A stretch of 32,000 nucleotides of DNA, taken from contig NC_007614.1 of assembly GCF_000196355.1 (NCBI RefSeq), forward strand, positions 1,470,001 through 1,502,000. Reading direction: 5' to 3'. Source of the stretch: Nitrosospira multiformis ATCC 25196. Lineage in GTDB: Bacteria; Pseudomonadota; Gammaproteobacteria; Burkholderiales; Nitrosomonadaceae. This document shows positions 18,892 to 26,441 of the stretch, in pieces. A program made the translations under genes and the position numbers. Position 1 is the stretch's first letter, and each line of letters starts with the position of its first letter. Under the pieces are notes generated by a model. The model searched no databases. It was not told where the DNA came from and saw only the letters and a program-made list of their open reading frames with translations.

Positions 18892-18980
18892 GCCCGGATG
18901 GTGAAATTGGTAGACACAAGGGACTTAAAATCCCTCGGGCTTAACCGCCCGTGCCGGTTCGATTCCGGCTCCGGGCACCA
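18892..18980 (+). tRNA. tRNA-Leu (anticodon UAA)
   Basis: Acceptor GCCCGGA/TCCGGGC, encoded CCA, anticodon arm AGGGA-CTTAAAA-TCCCT, variable arm CGGGCTTAACCGCCCG, T-arm CCGGTTCGATTCCGG. Confidence 0.97.
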
Positions 18981-18985
18981 ATAAA

Positions 18986-19016
18986 ACAAGGGCTTGCAGC
19001 AACGCAAGCCCCTTGT
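18986..19016 (+). terminator. Hairpin downstream of tRNA-Leu, probable terminator
   Basis: ACAAGGGCTTGC-AGCAAC-GCAAGCCCCTTGT (one bulge) followed by TAAGTTT. Confidence 0.6.
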
Positions 19017-19079
19017 TAAGTTTCAGCGTAATTGGGTCGTGTAAGAGCGGGTGTAAGCAGTCCGCCTTTTGCTGGGGTT

Positions 19080-19949
19080 TTACCCCATTTCTCCGGACGG
19101 TTTGGTTAAGCCTAAATCCTGCTTCTGACGCATTTCCAGCTGTCGCCGTTTTCGCGGATTATGGAATCGCTCGATATAGTCGAAGATATCTGTGCGCGCC
19201 TCAGCCCGGGTTCGATACTGGCGACGATATACTCGCTCCCGCTTGAGCAAGCCAAAGAAGCTCTCTGCTAGCGCGTTGTCGGCACAACTACCGACAGCGC
19301 TCATGCTGCAAATCAGATTGTGTCCTTGCAGGAAGCGTTGATACTCGTCACTGGTAAACTGACAGCCGCGATCTGAGTGCAGGATGACGGGAGTTTTTGC
19401 CTCACGCTGCCAAAGCGCCATGAGTACGGCCTGCAGCACCAGTTGCGGATCCTGGCAGTGGCTCATTGACCAGCCGACCACGATGCCCGAGTACAGGTCC
19501 ACGACCACGCACAGATAAAGCCAGCTTTCCTGAGTGCGCACATAGGTTATGTCCGTCACCCACCGGCTGTTGGGCTCACTTGCTGTAAAGTCCCGCTGCA
19601 AGTGATTGTGCACATTCTCCGGTCGAAGGCCACAGACCTTCTTGTGCCAGCGTTTACGCTGCGGGATGCCATACAACCTCTGCTGGCGCATCAGCCGTGC
19701 TATGCGGTTCAACCCACACGCCTCGCCTTCATAACGCAACTCCTTCCAGACTCGAGGACTGCCCATCACCCCATCGCTGCCATCATGAATCTTCCTGATG
19801 CGCTCCAGCAAACGCCGGTCATCATGCGCTCTCTGACTCAAGGGGCGATCTCGCCAATCATAGTAGCCGCTGGTTGATACATGCAGACAACGACACATCA
19901 GGCGAATGGGGAAGGCATCGCGGCAGCGTTCGATCATGCGATATCTCAT
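19080..19949 (-). CDS. IS3 family transposase orfB (DDE integrase catalytic domain)
   Basis: RYRMIERCRDAFPIRLMCRCLHVSTSGYYDW; SRWVTDITYVRTQESWLYLCVVVDLYSGIVVGW; HSDRGCQFTSDEYQRFL; NALAESFFGLLKRE. Confidence 0.95.
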   Translation of the reverse strand: MRYRMIERCRDAFPIRLMCRCLHVSTSGYYDWRDRPLSQRAHDDRRLLERIRKIHDGSDGVMGSPRVWKELRYEGEACGLNRIARLMRQQRLYGIPQRKRWHKKVCGLRPENVHNHLQRDFTASEPNSRWVTDITYVRTQESWLYLCVVVDLYSGIVVGWSMSHCQDPQLVLQAVLMALWQREAKTPVILHSDRGCQFTSDEYQRFLQGHNLICSMSAVGSCADNALAESFFGLLKRERVYRRQYRTRAEARTDIFDYIERFHNPRKRRQLEMRQKQDLGLTKPSGEMG

Positions 19950-20233
19950 TTCGACGCTTTCGCGAATAACGCCGCCGCTTCTTTTAAAAAATCACGCTCC
20001 TTCCTAACTTGGATCAGCTCACGTTTGAGCGCAGCCATCTCCTCATCACGGGGCCTGCCCTGACCCTGAAAGGCTTTATTACCGACCGAGCCCATTTCCC
20101 GGCACCACCGGCTCAGCATATTGGGATCAATCCCCAGATCACGCGCGATCCGGCTTGCCGGCACATTGCCAGACCGAACTAGTTGTACCGCTTCCTGCTT
20201 GAACTCCGCTGCATATTTCCTTCGCGTTGCCAT
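19946..20233 (-). CDS. IS3 family transposase orfA (HTH)
   Basis: RRKYAAEFKQEAVQLVRSGNVPASRIARDLGIDPNMLSRW...KRELIQVRKERDFLKEAAALFAK; 4-nt ATGA overlap with orfB. Confidence 0.94.
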   Translation of the reverse strand: MATRRKYAAEFKQEAVQLVRSGNVPASRIARDLGIDPNMLSRWCREMGSVGNKAFQGQGRPRDEEMAALKRELIQVRKERDFLKEAAALFAKASK

Positions 20234-20297
20234 GACACACCTCCTGACTCATTATCAGCCTTTTTAGATGTGTCCGTGAAATCGGGGGAAAACCCTG

Positions 20298-20510
20298 CTC
20301 TTCTTAACCGCAAACTGGAAGGAATGGGCAAGCCTGCTGTCAATCACAAGCGGGTCTATCGCATCATGCGTCAGAACGGGCTGTTGCTGGCCCGATATAC
20401 GGGCAAACAGCGCGTGCTGTCTCATGAAGGCAAGGTCATTACCTTGTGTTCCAATTTGCGCTGGTGCTCGGATGGCTTTGAGATTCCCTGCTTGAATGGG
20501 CAGGTGATGG
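20298..20510 (+). pseudogene. Fragment of a different IS3 family (IS2-like group) transposase orfB
   Basis: LLNRKLEGMGKPAVNHKRVYRIMRQNGLLLARYTGKQRVLSHEGKVITLCSNLRWCSDGFEIPCLNGQV resembles the N-terminal part of IS2-type orfB. No catalytic domain follows. Confidence 0.8.
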
Positions 20511-20614
20511 GCCGGAGAGCGGATAGGTCTGCATGTTCCCGTTGCAAATTTTATAGAGCGTCATTGATGTGCTCCCCATAAAACGTGCCATCTGGAATCT
20601 AGGCTCAGGACTCA

Positions 20615-20989
20615 TTAATTGAGATAGAAGATGACAGTTGCGGCGATACAGATGGCAGAGAAGAAGGTATGGGCACAGCGGTCGTAACGCATGGCGATCC
20701 TGCGCCAGTCCTTGAGCCGAGCGAACATGTTCTCGATCCTGTGCCTTTGCCTGTAGAGGGTCTTGTCGTATTTGATCTGGATTTTGCGATTCCTTTTTGT
20801 CGGTATGCAGGGCGTCATGCCTTTGGCACGCAACGCTGCCCGGAACCAGGCAGCGTCATAGCCGCGGTCTGCAATCAGGGTTTTGGCTTTGGGCAATGAC
20901 GGCAGCAGCACACGTGCTCCCTTGTAATCGCTCATCTGCCCTTCGGACAGGAGCATGGCCACAGGCTTGCCCTGACCGTCGCAGACCAC
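20615..20989 (-). CDS. IS5 family transposase, C-terminal ORF
   Basis: VVCDGQGKPVAMLLSEGQMSDYKGARVLLPSLPKAKTLIADRGYDAAWFRAAL...RNRKIQIKYDKTLYRQRHRIENMFARLKDWRRIAMRYDRCAHTFFSAICIAA. Confidence 0.93.
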   Translation of the reverse strand: MVCDGQGKPVAMLLSEGQMSDYKGARVLLPSLPKAKTLIADRGYDAAWFRAALRAKGMTPCIPTKRNRKIQIKYDKTLYRQRHRIENMFARLKDWRRIAMRYDRCAHTFFSAICIAATVIFYLN

Positions 20990-21003
20990 ATGAAGCTTCG
21001 AGT

Positions 21004-21372
21004 TCAGGCCGCCCTTTGTGCGACCGATACGGCGGGGAACATCCCCTTTTTTAGCAGGCTGGCTGCCGTGCGGTGGGCCTTCAGATGCGTGGCGTCGATC
21101 ATCAGCCTCTCGGGCGTTTCCTCTTTACCGGTCAGTTCCACAAAGATGCGGTTGAACACGCCCAGTCGGCTCCAGCGCACGAAACGGTTATACAGTGTCT
21201 TGTGCGGCCCGTATTCCCTGGGGGCATCCTTCCATTGCAGGCCATTCCGAATGACGTAGATGATCCCGCTGATCACCCGCAGATCATCAACACGGGGAAC
21301 TCCGTGGGACAAGGGAAAATAAGGTTTTATACGGTTGAACTGTGTTTCCGACAGGTAAAACAAATCTCTCAT
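21004..21372 (-). CDS. IS5 family transposase, N-terminal ORF
   Basis: YLSETQFNRIKPYFPLSHGVPRVDDLRVISGIIYVIRNGLQWKDAPREYGPHKTLYNRFVRWSRLGVFNRIF...LMIDATHLKAHRTAASLLKKG. Confidence 0.93.
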   Translation of the reverse strand: MRDLFYLSETQFNRIKPYFPLSHGVPRVDDLRVISGIIYVIRNGLQWKDAPREYGPHKTLYNRFVRWSRLGVFNRIFVELTGKEETPERLMIDATHLKAHRTAASLLKKGMFPAVSVAQRAA

Positions 21373-21477
21373 GGCAGCACCTCCGCCATAAGTGAATCAC
21401 ATTTGATCCTATTCGTGAATCATGAAATTAATAGGTCCTGAACCTAGTAAAGTTCGTTTTTCGAGAGGAGAACGGAC

Positions 21478-21741
21478 GTGAAGAAGCGATTTACGGATGA
21501 ACAAATTATTGGATTTCTGAAGCAGGCAGATGGAGGCATTCCGGTCAGGGAATTGTGCCGCCAGCATGGTTTTTCCGATGCGTCGTTTTACACCTGGCGT
21601 GCCAGGTTTGGTGGGATGACAGTATCGGATGCCAGGCGGTTGCGAGATCTTGAAGCAGAGAATGCTCAGCTCAAGAAGCTTTTAGCCGAGTCGCTTCTTG
21701 ATGCTCAAGCCTTGAAGGTTGCTTTGGGCCGAAAGCATTAA
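21478..21741 (+). CDS. IS3 family transposase orfA
   Basis: MKKRFTDEQIIGFLKQADGGIPVRELCRQHGFSDASFYTWRARFGGMTVSDARRLRDLEAENAQLKKLLAE. Confidence 0.94.
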   Translation: MKKRFTDEQIIGFLKQADGGIPVRELCRQHGFSDASFYTWRARFGGMTVSDARRLRDLEAENAQLKKLLAESLLDAQALKVALGRKH

Positions 21742-21767
21742 CTCCACAGGCCAGGCGTGAGGCAGTA

Positions 21768-22598
21768 ATGGCGATGCTTGAGCAGACGAACGTTTCCGAA
21801 CGCCGTGCCTGCCTGCTTGTGGATATATCACGTACGGTATTGCACTACATGCCCAAGGTGCGGCTGGAGAATGAGCAACTGCAAGGTCGAATGGTTGAGT
21901 TGGCCTCTGAACGCCGTCGTTTTGGTTATCGACGCATTCATGCCCTGCTGCGGCGTGAGGGTGTTGAAGCCAATCACAAACGCATCTTTCGCCTTTACCA
22001 GGCTGCCGGGTTGGCAGTAAAGCGCCGACGCAGGCGAGGGGGCGTAGCAGTTGAACGTGAGCAATTGGCATTGCCAAGCCAGCCCAACGAGGTATGGTCA
22101 ATGGATTTCATCTGTGATGCACTGGCGAATGGCAGACGCATCAAGGTATTGACCATCGTTGATGACTTCACCAAGGAATCCATTGATCTGGTAGCTGAAC
22201 ATGGCATTTCGGGACAACATGTCGTGCGCGTATTGGAGCAAGCTTCACAGTTTCGTGGGTTGCCCTTGGCCATTCGCACCGATCAGGGACCGGAGTTCAC
22301 CAGCAAGGCACTGGATCAGTGGGCTTATAAGCATGGTGTCCAGCTCAAATTGATTGAGGCGGGCAAGCCGACGCAAAATGCATATATTGAGAGCTTCAAC
22401 GGTCGGTTTCGGGATGAGTGCCTGAACGATCACTGGTTTACCAGCCTGGCTGAGGCACGGATTCGGATATCAGCCTGGCGGCGCGACTACAACGAGCATC
22501 GACCGCACAGTGCACTAAATTACCTAACCCCGGCAGAATTTGCAGCCAACTGCCGCAGGCAAGAAGAAATAAACGGCTGTGAAAGAAATGGAAGCTAA
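21768..22598 (+). CDS. IS3 family transposase orfB (DDE)
   Basis: ERRRFGYRRIHALLRREG; NEVWSMDFICDALANGRRIKVLTIVDDFTKESIDL; IRTDQGPEFTSKALDQWA; NAYIESFNGRFRDECLNDHWF. The frame reads upstream as ALTPQARREAV, so expression by -1 frameshift from orfA is likely. Confidence 0.94.
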   Translation: MAMLEQTNVSERRACLLVDISRTVLHYMPKVRLENEQLQGRMVELASERRRFGYRRIHALLRREGVEANHKRIFRLYQAAGLAVKRRRRRGGVAVEREQLALPSQPNEVWSMDFICDALANGRRIKVLTIVDDFTKESIDLVAEHGISGQHVVRVLEQASQFRGLPLAIRTDQGPEFTSKALDQWAYKHGVQLKLIEAGKPTQNAYIESFNGRFRDECLNDHWFTSLAEARIRISAWRRDYNEHRPHSALNYLTPAEFAANCRRQEEINGCERNGS

Positions 22599-22856
22599 TT
22601 TATAACTGAACTTTGCTAGAACGCCCCTGGCACTACTACCGGGGGCACATCATCATCTTTATGTTGCTGAACTGCACTTCGTTGTAAGTCTTGTTTTCCT
22701 TCAAGGAGAACTGCTCAGGGCGGGATTCTCCATTTCGCGTTGATTCTTTAAAGGCGTCGACTATAGTAAAACTTGGTACGGAACATTATCGTAGACGGGT
22801 TAATCTTTTTGGTACCAAATCGATTTTTTATTCGCCTGAACGGATAGAGGAGAAAA

Positions 22857-23162
22857 ATGAAAACAAGAAGGTTAATTCAAACTACACAATTGGTAAGCCT
22901 TTTCGGGCTTTCCGCTATGTTGTCAATAGCTGCAGCTGATCCACCTGTAGCACATCAATCTAAAACCCAGAATATTCCCGGTGTGATAGGGCCCCCAACA
23001 CCACTCTCAACAGGCACACCCAAACAACCTCCTCCTAAAATTCTTCATTGCGCCCAAGATTGCGATGCTTGTACGAGGGAAGGCCTTCGTTGCACAAGCA
23101 GCCTTGAGTGTATGAAGAAATATCCGGCCAACCCGATCCTGTGCTTGGTTCCGCAGAGATGA
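22857..23162 (+). CDS. Small exported cysteine-rich hypothetical protein (101 aa)
   Basis: GAGGAGAAAAATG start context, signal peptide (LVSLFGLSAMLSIAAA), C-terminal CAQDCDACTREGLRCTSSLECMKKYPANPILC with six Cys. Confidence 0.7.
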   Translation: MKTRRLIQTTQLVSLFGLSAMLSIAAADPPVAHQSKTQNIPGVIGPPTPLSTGTPKQPPPKILHCAQDCDACTREGLRCTSSLECMKKYPANPILCLVPQR

Positions 23163-23329
23163 TCTCCTATCACGAACGAGAAATCGCGGAACTGAGCGTT
23201 GACCGTGAATCCTGGCAGTGTCAGGATGAGCAAATTCATATCTCCGAGGCATCGATTAATTGGCCTCATGGGAACCCGGACGCGTTGCAAGACGCACCAA
23301 CTCCATAAATGCGGGCAGGGTGGAGGCAG

Positions 23330-23740
23330 ACGTGAGGGCATTCCGACAAATCCCGCAAATGACGGGGCCGATCTTGTATCGGAATCCAGCAAACCTGATC
23401 TCGCACGTTTCGTCTGCAACTGAGGGTGCAGACTTGTTGTGCCTGAAATCCCGGGGTGCGACAAGCGCTACATCACTCCACAGTCCAATGCCCTTGAGAC
23501 TGGCTGCCTTTTGGCCCTCCGCATAGAGGCGCGCTCAGCCAGTTGCTGGTCCTTGTCATACCGTTTGTAATGCCATGCCCGTCCTGCCTTGATCTGCTCA
23601 AGGTTGATGTCCTGGCCATCCAGCAGCACTTTTCCCAGAACACGCTGATAGCGGTTTTGCTTGGACCACTCCACGCTCTGGGTATTGTGATTCTGCTGGC
23701 CAACAAGATTCTTATGAGAACCACAGGACGGGAGAGGTAG
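23330..23740 (-). pseudogene. Degenerate thermonuclease (SNase-like) gene fragment
   Basis: VEWSKQNRYQRVLGKVLLDGQDINLEQIKAGRAWHYKRYDKDQQLAERA in the 23468..23746 frame; the homology continues in another frame as LYAEGQKAASLKGIGLWSDVALVAPRDFRHNKS (frameshift near 23535). The N-terminus is missing; ends approximate. Confidence 0.75.
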
Positions 23741-23824
23741 TACCATGGTACAAATGACTAAATAGCCGAGACTCCTATAATTCGCGGAGCGAGAAATGTC
23801 CTCGCTTCATAAAAGGAGCCTCAA

Positions 23825-24292
23825 GTGCTTTGGATTTTTATCGGCATTATTGCTATTGTTCCATGGTATTTCCACAACGCCTCTAGTCCGTTCAAAAGGC
23901 TTCCTCGAAAAAAGCCAATACCGAATAATGTCTATGAATGGCCGGACAATGGCGATGAGTGCGATATTGTCGGAGAGTCGTATTATCAAGATGCGATAAA
24001 GCTTCTGGCGGGCTTAGACGAGGAAAACATTGGAAGCAAAAAATTTAAGGCCTTCCTTATTCCTGAGGATAATAACCCTTATGACAATAAAGCCGTGCGG
24101 GTCGATATAGACGGAATGACGGTGGGATATTTCGGCAGGGAAGATGCGCGCAGCTTCAGGCGCAGGCTAGGAGCCAATAAATTATCTGGGCAGATTACTG
24201 CCTGCAATGCTGTTGTTATAGGTGGGCGTGGACCAAGGGGCGAGCAATGGCATTACGATATCTGTCTCAACATTAAAGAATTTGATTGGTAG
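23825..24292 (+). CDS. Membrane-anchored HIRAN-domain protein
   Basis: GTG start, N-terminal hydrophobic segment (LWIFIGIIAIVPWYF), then CDIVGESYYQDAIKLLAG...FKAFLIPEDNNPYDNKAVRVDIDGMTVGYFGREDARSFRRRL, a HIRAN-type pattern. Confidence 0.75.
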   Translation: MLWIFIGIIAIVPWYFHNASSPFKRLPRKKPIPNNVYEWPDNGDECDIVGESYYQDAIKLLAGLDEENIGSKKFKAFLIPEDNNPYDNKAVRVDIDGMTVGYFGREDARSFRRRLGANKLSGQITACNAVVIGGRGPRGEQWHYDICLNIKEFDW

Positions 24293-24542
24293 CTTGAACC
24301 TCTCCTCCCTCACTCATATGGTGGGGCAGCTAAACCAGATCCAGCGATACACAGAAGACCTGCACGAGATAGAGAATGTGGGGCTTTAAAGGTTAGGGTC
24401 GAGGTGATACGAGTTATTGCGTTTACCCTGAGCAAAATTTAAGGAAACGGATACGGGAGCTTGAGGAGAAGTTGGAGAGGATTGGGATCCCTGATACTGC
24501 GTAAGCATAAACGGCTCCCTTGGTTTTTTATCCCCCATCAAC

Positions 24543-24559
24543 CCGCTTCGGCGGTTTTT
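24543..24559 (+). terminator. Short GC hairpin with T-run, possible terminator
   Basis: CCGC-TTCG-GCGG followed by TTTTT, downstream of the HIRAN gene. Confidence 0.4.
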
Positions 24560-24658
24560 ATTTCCATACGTTAGGTATTTGACGGTAGATTTCCTTATAG
24601 TGTTAACCTGCACATTCGTTTTTCTCTTGTCAAAGAGGGAGACGAATGCAGTATCCAT

Positions 24659-24682
24659 GCCCGGCGTTTGCCGGGCTTTTTT
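24659..24682 (+). terminator. Rho-independent terminator
   Basis: GCCCGGC-GTTT-GCCGGGC followed by TTTTTT. Confidence 0.8.
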
Positions 24683-24735
24683 GTTGCCGCAATCTAAACT
24701 GGCGGCTTTTATTGCTGAAGGCTCAACAGGAAAAG

Positions 24736-25212
24736 TTATTTCCTGGAGCGGCTGGTTATGCTTTTGCTGGGAGAGGAAGGTTTGATTTCTTGATTTTCCG
24801 CTTTTTTGAGGGTGACTTCCAGAACTCTCTCATCTGGCAGATTTATTCTCATGACATATGTTGAGCCATTCCTGCGCAAGGATTGCTTAACACGAACATA
24901 AACGCCATTGAGGTCTTTCGCTAATTGGGACAGTCCGGATTTGAATTTTTCGTAATCGACAATAATTTTGTAAAGGCCCGCGAGCGAGGCGCCGATAGTA
25001 ATGGTAGTGATAACGCAACCGAGTTCGTATTCAGTTCGGATAACCCCAACGTCTTCCGCATAGGGGCTCTCCGCGAGGCGTGATAGGAATAGCTCAGAGA
25101 CTTGAGATGCCACGTATTCCGCTTCCTCAGGGGAAAGAGAGTCGCCTGAAGTGACATTTGTGCAGTAGGTAATCGCCCCAATTTCGTACAGTTCCAAGAC
25201 TTTTTCCCGCAA
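24736..25212 (-). CDS. Hypothetical protein (158 aa)
   Basis: Open frame with a mixed, non-repetitive composition and a hydrophobic stretch (VITTITIGASLAGLYKIIV). No recognised family. Confidence 0.55.
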   Translation of the reverse strand: MREKVLELYEIGAITYCTNVTSGDSLSPEEAEYVASQVSELFLSRLAESPYAEDVGVIRTEYELGCVITTITIGASLAGLYKIIVDYEKFKSGLSQLAKDLNGVYVRVKQSLRRNGSTYVMRINLPDERVLEVTLKKAENQEIKPSSPSKSITSRSRK

Positions 25213-25294
25213 TCGGTTGTAGTTTTAAAGAAATACTTATAAAAGAAGTATAGGTGTGGGACAAAAATTTGGAGATAAATCTGTTGAGCATAAA

Positions 25295-25522
25295 TTAAAG
25301 CGCCGTCTGTTTTGGAGACTCAGAATCGCCAAATTTGTTGGCGCAGGCTTCATCAATCGCTCGTGCAGCAAGATCACTGCCAATACCCTTCATATGCTGA
25401 AGAATGCAGTCATTATAGTTAGTAGCTTCTGGTACACGATGGTTATTAGATTCCGTCTGGCGATTACAAGAAGCAATTTGAGTAAGTAATAATAAGAGGA
25501 CTATGGGAGTCAGGAATCTCAT
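25295..25522 (-). CDS. Small putative lipoprotein (75 aa)
   Basis: N-terminal signal MRFLTPIVLLLLLTQIASC with IASC lipobox-like site, then YNDCILQHMKGIGSDLAARAIDEACANKFG. Confidence 0.65.
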   Translation of the reverse strand: MRFLTPIVLLLLLTQIASCNRQTESNNHRVPEATNYNDCILQHMKGIGSDLAARAIDEACANKFGDSESPKQTAL

Positions 25523-25920
25523 TATTTATCCTTGTGTTGCTTCGGTTTTATCGTCTGGCGAACAGAATTTAAATTAAACCTTTCTTCATTCAGCCATATT
25601 ATAGCTATGGATAGGGTGGCAGGTATGATTGTCGAATCAATTTCAAGTGTTTGACATAACCCTCCGCAAACGGTAATGGGTTGTGGAGTTTTAGTCTGCC
25701 AGTGCAGGAGGATTGCCAGGCGATCATGAGGAAATAGGGGTTTTTCGATCAGGATTTTTTTGCAGAATTATTAAAAATTTGGTTTTGACGCTAAAGTTTC
25801 ACAGAAAGTTGACGTTGATCAACCAGAACCGGCATACCCTGCTATCGGTATCGCATTCCCCGCATCGTTCGAGCAGGTTAGGCAGCCTCGCTGGATATCT
25901 CTCGAGGGGGTGGATTCTGT

Positions 25921-25939
25921 TGTAGGAAAATTTCTTACA
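25921..25939. promoter_or_regulatory. Near-palindromic motif TGTAGGAAAATTTCTTACA upstream of flhD
   Basis: 9-bp arms with a single mismatch around a central A, about 100 bp upstream of the flhD start codon. Confidence 0.4.
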
Positions 25940-26040
25940 CAGAAATGCTGTCATTTTCTACACTCAAATCGGACAACCTCCGGTTTTTTCTCCCCTTCCA
26001 AACCTTCACAATGCAGTCATTCACTGTGATGGAGGTAAAA

Positions 26041-26358
26041 ATGCAAATCAACGAACTGACAGCGGAAATCAAGGACTTTAATCTGACTTATCTCATGCTG
26101 GCCCAGCAGATGGTAATCGCCGACAAGGACATGGCGATTTTCAGGCTGGGGATAAGCAAGGACATCGCCGATATCCTGGAAGTGCTGACTCCAGGACAAA
26201 TACTCAAGCTGGCGAACTCCAACATGATGTTGTGCCGGATACGTTTCGACGACAATTTGGTCTTCGGCATGCTTGCCAACTACACCAAAGACAAATTGAT
26301 GGCGCAATCCCATACGGCGATCCTGCTTGCAGGACAGCCGGCGGAAGAAATTTCATAA
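26041..26358 (+). CDS. flhD: Flagellar transcriptional activator FlhD
   Basis: MQINELTAEIKDFNLTYLMLAQQMVIADKDMAIFRLGISKDIADILEVLTPGQILKLANSNMMLCRIRFDD; RBS GATGGAGG. The ORF-track extension to 25945 is unlikely. Confidence 0.93.
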   Translation: MQINELTAEIKDFNLTYLMLAQQMVIADKDMAIFRLGISKDIADILEVLTPGQILKLANSNMMLCRIRFDDNLVFGMLANYTKDKLMAQSHTAILLAGQPAEEIS

Positions 26359-26441
26359 AGTATTTCCTGAAATGTTTGCCGAGAATTTCCTGGGGGAAGC
26401 GAACGCCCGGGTTTGAGGAAAAGGAGAAAGGGGAATCAGCT

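Larger units (their letters stand above)
19073..20297 (-). mobile_element. IS3 family insertion sequence (IS3/IS51-like group)
   Basis: Two overlapping transposase ORFs on the minus strand. Approximate terminal inverted repeats GGGTTTTACCCCATTTCTCCGGAC (left) and reverse-complemented right end GGGTTTTCCCCCGATTTCACGGAC. Exact ends uncertain. Confidence 0.85.
20603..21443 (-). mobile_element. IS5 family (IS427-like group) insertion sequence, 841 bp, with CTAG duplication
   Basis: Terminal inverted repeats GGCTCAGGACTCATTAAT (left) and GGTTCAGGACCTATTAAT (right, reverse complement), flanked by CTAG at 20599-20602 and 21444-21447. Two overlapping-frame transposase ORFs. Confidence 0.9.
21444..22636 (+). 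mobile_element. IS3 family insertion sequence (IS407-like group)
   Basis: orfA + orfB. Short terminal inverted repeat CTAGTAAAGTTC (left) / CTAGCAAAGTTC (right, reverse complement). The left end abuts the IS5 element; outer boundaries approximate. Confidence 0.8.

Noticed and set aside
24386-24658. 90-aa minus ORF next to the 24.6 kb terminator
   Set aside because: Runs antisense through the hairpin/T-run region and has no family resemblance or start context.
25713-25925. 70-aa plus ORF MPGDHEEIGVFRSGFF... upstream of flhD
   Set aside because: No coding signature or RBS; it overlaps the probable regulatory region.
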